A DNA stretch of 63,878 nt, filler included, from Hyphochytrium catenoides (lineage: Eukaryota; Protista; Hyphochytriomycota), in the NCBI GenBank assembly GCA_900088475.1. It is 10 parts of 10 records of this genome, joined end to end, with 100 filler letters (N's around TTAATTAATTAA, not from the genome) between each part and the next. Parts side by side here need not be neighbours in the genome. Positions count along the whole stretch, not along the records: positions 56,386 to 62,303 come from FLMG01000347.1; positions 62,404 to 63,878 come from FLMG01002075.1; 8 more parts are not named here. One strand, 5' to 3'. Positions 60,170 to 63,878 of this stretch are shown one piece after another; positions within the stretch are counted from its first letter, which is position 1; each line of letters begins with the position of its first letter. The notes beneath the pieces are model-generated. The model was not told where the DNA came from. It saw only the letters and a list, made by a program, of their open reading frames with translations, and searched no databases. The position numbers and the translations under genes were made by a program.

Positions 60170-61332
60170 ACTCGAAGCCATTTCCTTGACGACCAATCCC
60201 TTTCTCAACGATCTTCACTCCCATTTTCCTTTTCCTCTCGATCTAACAGACGGTAGGAGACACGATCTTTGGCATCGTCGTCGTGGCGTCAATTTCCTTC
60301 CTCGCCATTCTGATGCGAAAGGTGGACGATGCCTTTGGCTGGGCTCCACGCTATCGCCGCTGTGCCGCGCTCATTGGCGTTGGGATCTTTGCCTGGCAGG
60401 CGGTGGTGCTGCTGGATGCCGTGGTAGAGCTTGAGGATGAGCTTAGTCTGAGGCTGTATATCGTCGTGAACTGGTTCTATGCTTTCTGCATGTACGCCTG
60501 CTCGTGGCTGCTCACTGTCTCTGCATTATGGCACTCTTTCTCTTATGAGAGAGAGAGACTCGCCTCTTTTGCCATGAAGAGCGCCGCCTTTCAGTCCGCT
60601 CTGGTCTCAGAGAAGCTCATCTCCGGTCTGCAGGCCGCAAAGATTCTCTCTCAGCAGGTGGCGCTTATGAATGGCCAACAACAGAAGAAAGCTCTCTTCT
60701 CTTCATCAGAGGCCGGAGCAGGGGCCAGGGAGAGAAGAGATGATGGTGATGAAGCGCCAACCACAGCGGGACGAAAGCCTGAGCTCTATAACATTCTTCT
60801 CCCTGTCTCTTCCGTGGAAGAGCTCTGGAAATCTCTTGCAAATGAGCAGATCATGGACGCGTTCCATCAGCATCTGGTCAAAGAGTTTGCCGTGGAGAAC
60901 GGCTTCTACATCATGGCCTCACAGAAGTACAGGGCAGCGCAGAGAGAAAGAGAAGAAGAAGAGAGCGCCAAGTGGGCGAAAGAGATATTAGAAGCGCATC
61001 TGGACCCCGACAGCGCCACGCAAGTCAACATCTCAGACGCGCTGCGGAGACAGAAGATCCAAGAAGTGAAGAAAGCACAAGCGACCAATGTCTTTCTCTT
61101 TGACCTCTTCTACGCTGTGGATGACGAGGTGCTGGCCATGCTCCTGGATCCTTACAGGCGATTCTATTATCGCGTCAAGGGAGAGTATGAAGCGGGAGGC
61201 GGCGGAGGAAAGAGAGAAGGCGGCGGACAAGGAAAGAGAGAGAAAAAAGAGACGGCAAAGACCGGCTCCGGGGCGAAGAAGGTGAAAGTGCAGGCAGCGA
61301 GTTCCAGCACTAATAAGGTTTCCCCTCCATAG
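59422..61332 (+). CDS. 7TM-RGS protein 2, 2 exons (donor hidden in N gap 60022-60071; exon 2 starts at 60250)
   Basis: TM helices with RRKKYPL and MRKVDDAFG; acceptor ctaacag at 60243-60249; RGS box AFHQHLVKEFAVENGFY...HLDPDSATQVNISDALR...FYAVDDEVLAMLLDPYRRF. Confidence 0.9.
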
Positions 61333-61762
61333 ATTTATTATGAGCAGAGAACGGTGATGGAGACGACTAGATCTTTAATTGGTTTATAGTAGATGCTGTC
61401 GCTCTCTCTCTCTCTCTCTCTCTCTCTTTTCCTCTCCTCTCCCCTCTTCTAGCTCTAAAGATCTCTCTCTCTCTCTCTGTTCTCTCTCTCTCGCTTTCTC
61501 TTTCTCTCTCTCTGTTCTCTCTCTCTCGCTTTCTCTTTCTCTCTCTAGATCTCTCTCCCTCTTCATCTCTCTCTGCTTTTCTCTCTGTTTCTCTGCCTCT
61601 TTCGCTCTATCTTTTCTCTCTTCTTTCATTCTCTCCTCCTTTACCCTCTTGCTCTTCCCTTTCTCGCTCTCTGCTGCTCTCGTACACTGATCTCACGGTG
61701 ATCATACTCTACTCTAACAAACGTACATCCTGCTGTCTTCCTAGTTGCTCTATCCTTTATGC

Positions 61763-61816
<54 letters not shown>

Positions 61817-62442
61817 CTGCGGTCTTTCTCTCTCTACATATCTTCTCTTTCTCTCTCTCTCTCTCGCTATCGTGCTACTTTACTACTACTCTTCTTAAGG
61901 GGGTCTAGTATCTTGCTGAGAGCGGCGCTGGTACATCTTTGTCTCTCTCTTCTTCTCCCTTCGAACAGCAACAAGAAAGGGGCTAAGAAGAGAAGAAATT
62001 TCGGGAGTAACAGTTCTATCACTTCTCTCTCTCTCTCTGCTCTTTCCAATCCTCCTTTTCTTCTCTTTCTCTCTCTCTCTGGTTCTAACAACTTCTCATT
62101 CTTTCTGTCCTCTGTCTCCCCCTCTCTCTCTCTCTGTGGTCTCTACTCAGTAGAACTATCAGTTTTATTCTTGAGAACACCTCTTCTCTTCTCTCTCTTT
62201 CTCTTCTGTTACTAGTAGCCTCTTCCCTCCCATGTCTTTCTCTCTCTTGTCTTTTCCCTCTTATTACCCCTCTATCCTGTCTTCTCTCTCTCTCTCTCTC
62301 TCTNNNNNNNNNNNNNNNNNNNNNNNNNNNNNNNNNNNNNNNNNNNNTTAATTAATTAANNNNNNNNNNNNNNNNNNNNNNNNNNNNNNNNNNNNNNNNN
62401 NNNTCTCTCTCTCTCTCTCTCTCTCTTCTCTCATATGTTCAG

Positions 62443-63878
62443 ATTGTGAAGGGCGGGAAAGGGCTTCCGGTAGGGAGGGGACAGAGCGATCGTCTCATAA
62501 TCCAGAAATTCAAGGAGAAGCTTGGGAAAGCTCTGGATCGGGAGGGAGGAGGGACGGCAGGAGGAGGGAGAGGAGGAGACGAGGACGTAGAGAGAGGAGC
62601 CATTGCCGCTGCAATGGAAGAGATGCTAGCCAAAGATGAAGAGAGAAGCAACGAGGAAGAAAGCAAAACGATAGAAGAGAGAGAAGAAAGACCTCAGGAG
62701 ATATTGCCTCCGAGGGATGTCAGGGAACACGAGAGAGGAGAAGAGAGGGCAAGGAATGACAGGGACGAGAGTACTAGGACCGCGTATCCTAAGCGGGAAA
62801 GACAGAGAAGCAGAGAGAGAGAAGAAAGAAGAAGAGACTATAGCAGGGAGCCACCGAGAGACCGTCAGAGAGACAGAAGTCGCGAGAGAGATAGAGACAG
62901 AGACAGAGAGAGAGATAGCCGCTACCGGAGGAGAAGCCGCTCAAGATCCAGAGGTCGGCGGGACGGCTATGAAGATGAGAGGGAGAGGAGAAGAGAACGA
63001 GAAACTGCGGAATCTGTGAAGGAGAGGCTGAAGGCTGCTGCCCCGAGACTCGACATGGAGACCGTGGAAGCGGTAAGCAAGAGGGGACAGACGGGGTTAG
63101 TAAAGAGCGCAAGCGACAGAGTTCGAGAAGAAAGGAAAGAGTAAGAAAGAGCATTGATAGCTCTCTCTCTCTCTCTCTCTCTCTCTCTNNNNNNNNNNNN
63201 NNNNNNNNNNNNNNNNNNNNNNNTCTCTCTTTCTCTCTTTCTTATACAAGGAAATGAGAAAGAGGAAAGAGGCCATGGAAGCAGCCAATCGCCGGAAAGC
63301 CTTTCTTTATGGGACAGGTGAGGCAGAGAAGCAAGACAAGAAAGCACAGCCAATCAAGGCGAACCTTGAGAAAGAGGAGAAGAAAGAGAAGAAAGAAGAA
63401 GGAGGACTCCTTTCTCTCCCGCCAACTACCTCGGTGGCCGCAATATCCTCGAGTACAGCAGCAGGAGGAGGAAGCAGCGTTGGCCCCGTGGACCTTAATA
63501 AGCTGGCATCTAAGGTGAGCTGTCTCTTGGAAGATTAGGTTGGGACATATGACTCCTCCATTGTCCCTCTCTTCCTCCATTTCATCTCCATTTCTTCTCG
63601 GTCTGGGCTCTTTGTGTATCTGCTTTGTTGGCGCTCTCATCGTCTTCGACTCTTCCCTTCTCTCTCTCTCTCTCTTCTTTTTCTCTCTGTCTCTCTGTCT
63701 CTCTGTCTCTCTTCTTTCTCTTCTCTCTCTCTGTCTCTCTCTCTCACTGTTTTTTTTCTCGTATTTTCGTCCGATGTCTTTAACTTTATCTATGTCCTCT
63801 AGATAATGAAAGCTCAGCTGATGGGAAATGACGCTGAGTACCAAGAGCTGTCCCGACAGTATGAGGCAGCAAAGGCAG
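62443..63878 (+). CDS. CWF19-like protein 2 (spliceosome disassembly factor)-like, N-terminal part
   Basis: Exons ~62443-63140, 63251-63514 and 63803-end. An RS/RD/RE-rich region precedes DLNKLASK|IMKAQLMGNDAEYQEL, matching the N.L.AK..KA.LMG motif I recall from CWF19L2. The CwfJ domains lie outside the window. Confidence 0.6.

Noticed and set aside
46414-63878. Functional cluster of adhesin, mnmA, 7TM-RGS and CWF19L2-like genes
   Set aside because: Each lies on a separate scaffold; adjacency is artificial.

Overview
Draft assembly of a microbial eukaryote (standard code, spliceosomal GT-AG introns, extreme (GA)n/(CT)n load). The window is not one locus: ten scaffold pieces are joined by nine artificial 100-nt spacers (N-run, TTAATTAATTAA, N-run), and most ORFs in the supplied track are microsatellite artefacts. 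Genes rebuilt by hand: (1) a multi-exon LIG6-like ATP-dependent DNA ligase with a UBA-like domain and PIP box but no visible nuclease domain; (2) a five-exon C2-domain protein ending in an 81-residue uncharged oleosin-like proline hairpin; (3) an unknown membrane protein; (4) an intronless GT-A glycosyltransferase; (5) a partial TPR protein with a probable GC-AG intron; (6) two divergent, intronless 161-aa secreted paralogs with variable loops; (7) a PiT/SLC20 phosphate transporter broken by three 1-nt frameshifts; (8) a divergent PX-like ORF; (9) two 7TM-RGS genes with an apparently shared intron position; (10) a large secreted protein with tandem Ig-like repeats; (11) MnmA/TRMU; (12) a CWF19L2-like N-terminal fragment. 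Non-coding structure includes a diverged ~450-bp inverted repeat, degenerate retroelement remnants, and a 2.1-kb scaffold with a tRNA-like SINE head and Helentron-like marks that may come from another organism. The best leads for new biology are the C2-oleosin-like protein, the variable-loop secreted pair, the 7TM-RGS family and GA/CT-bipartite introns. Family calls are from motif recognition only; no searches were run.
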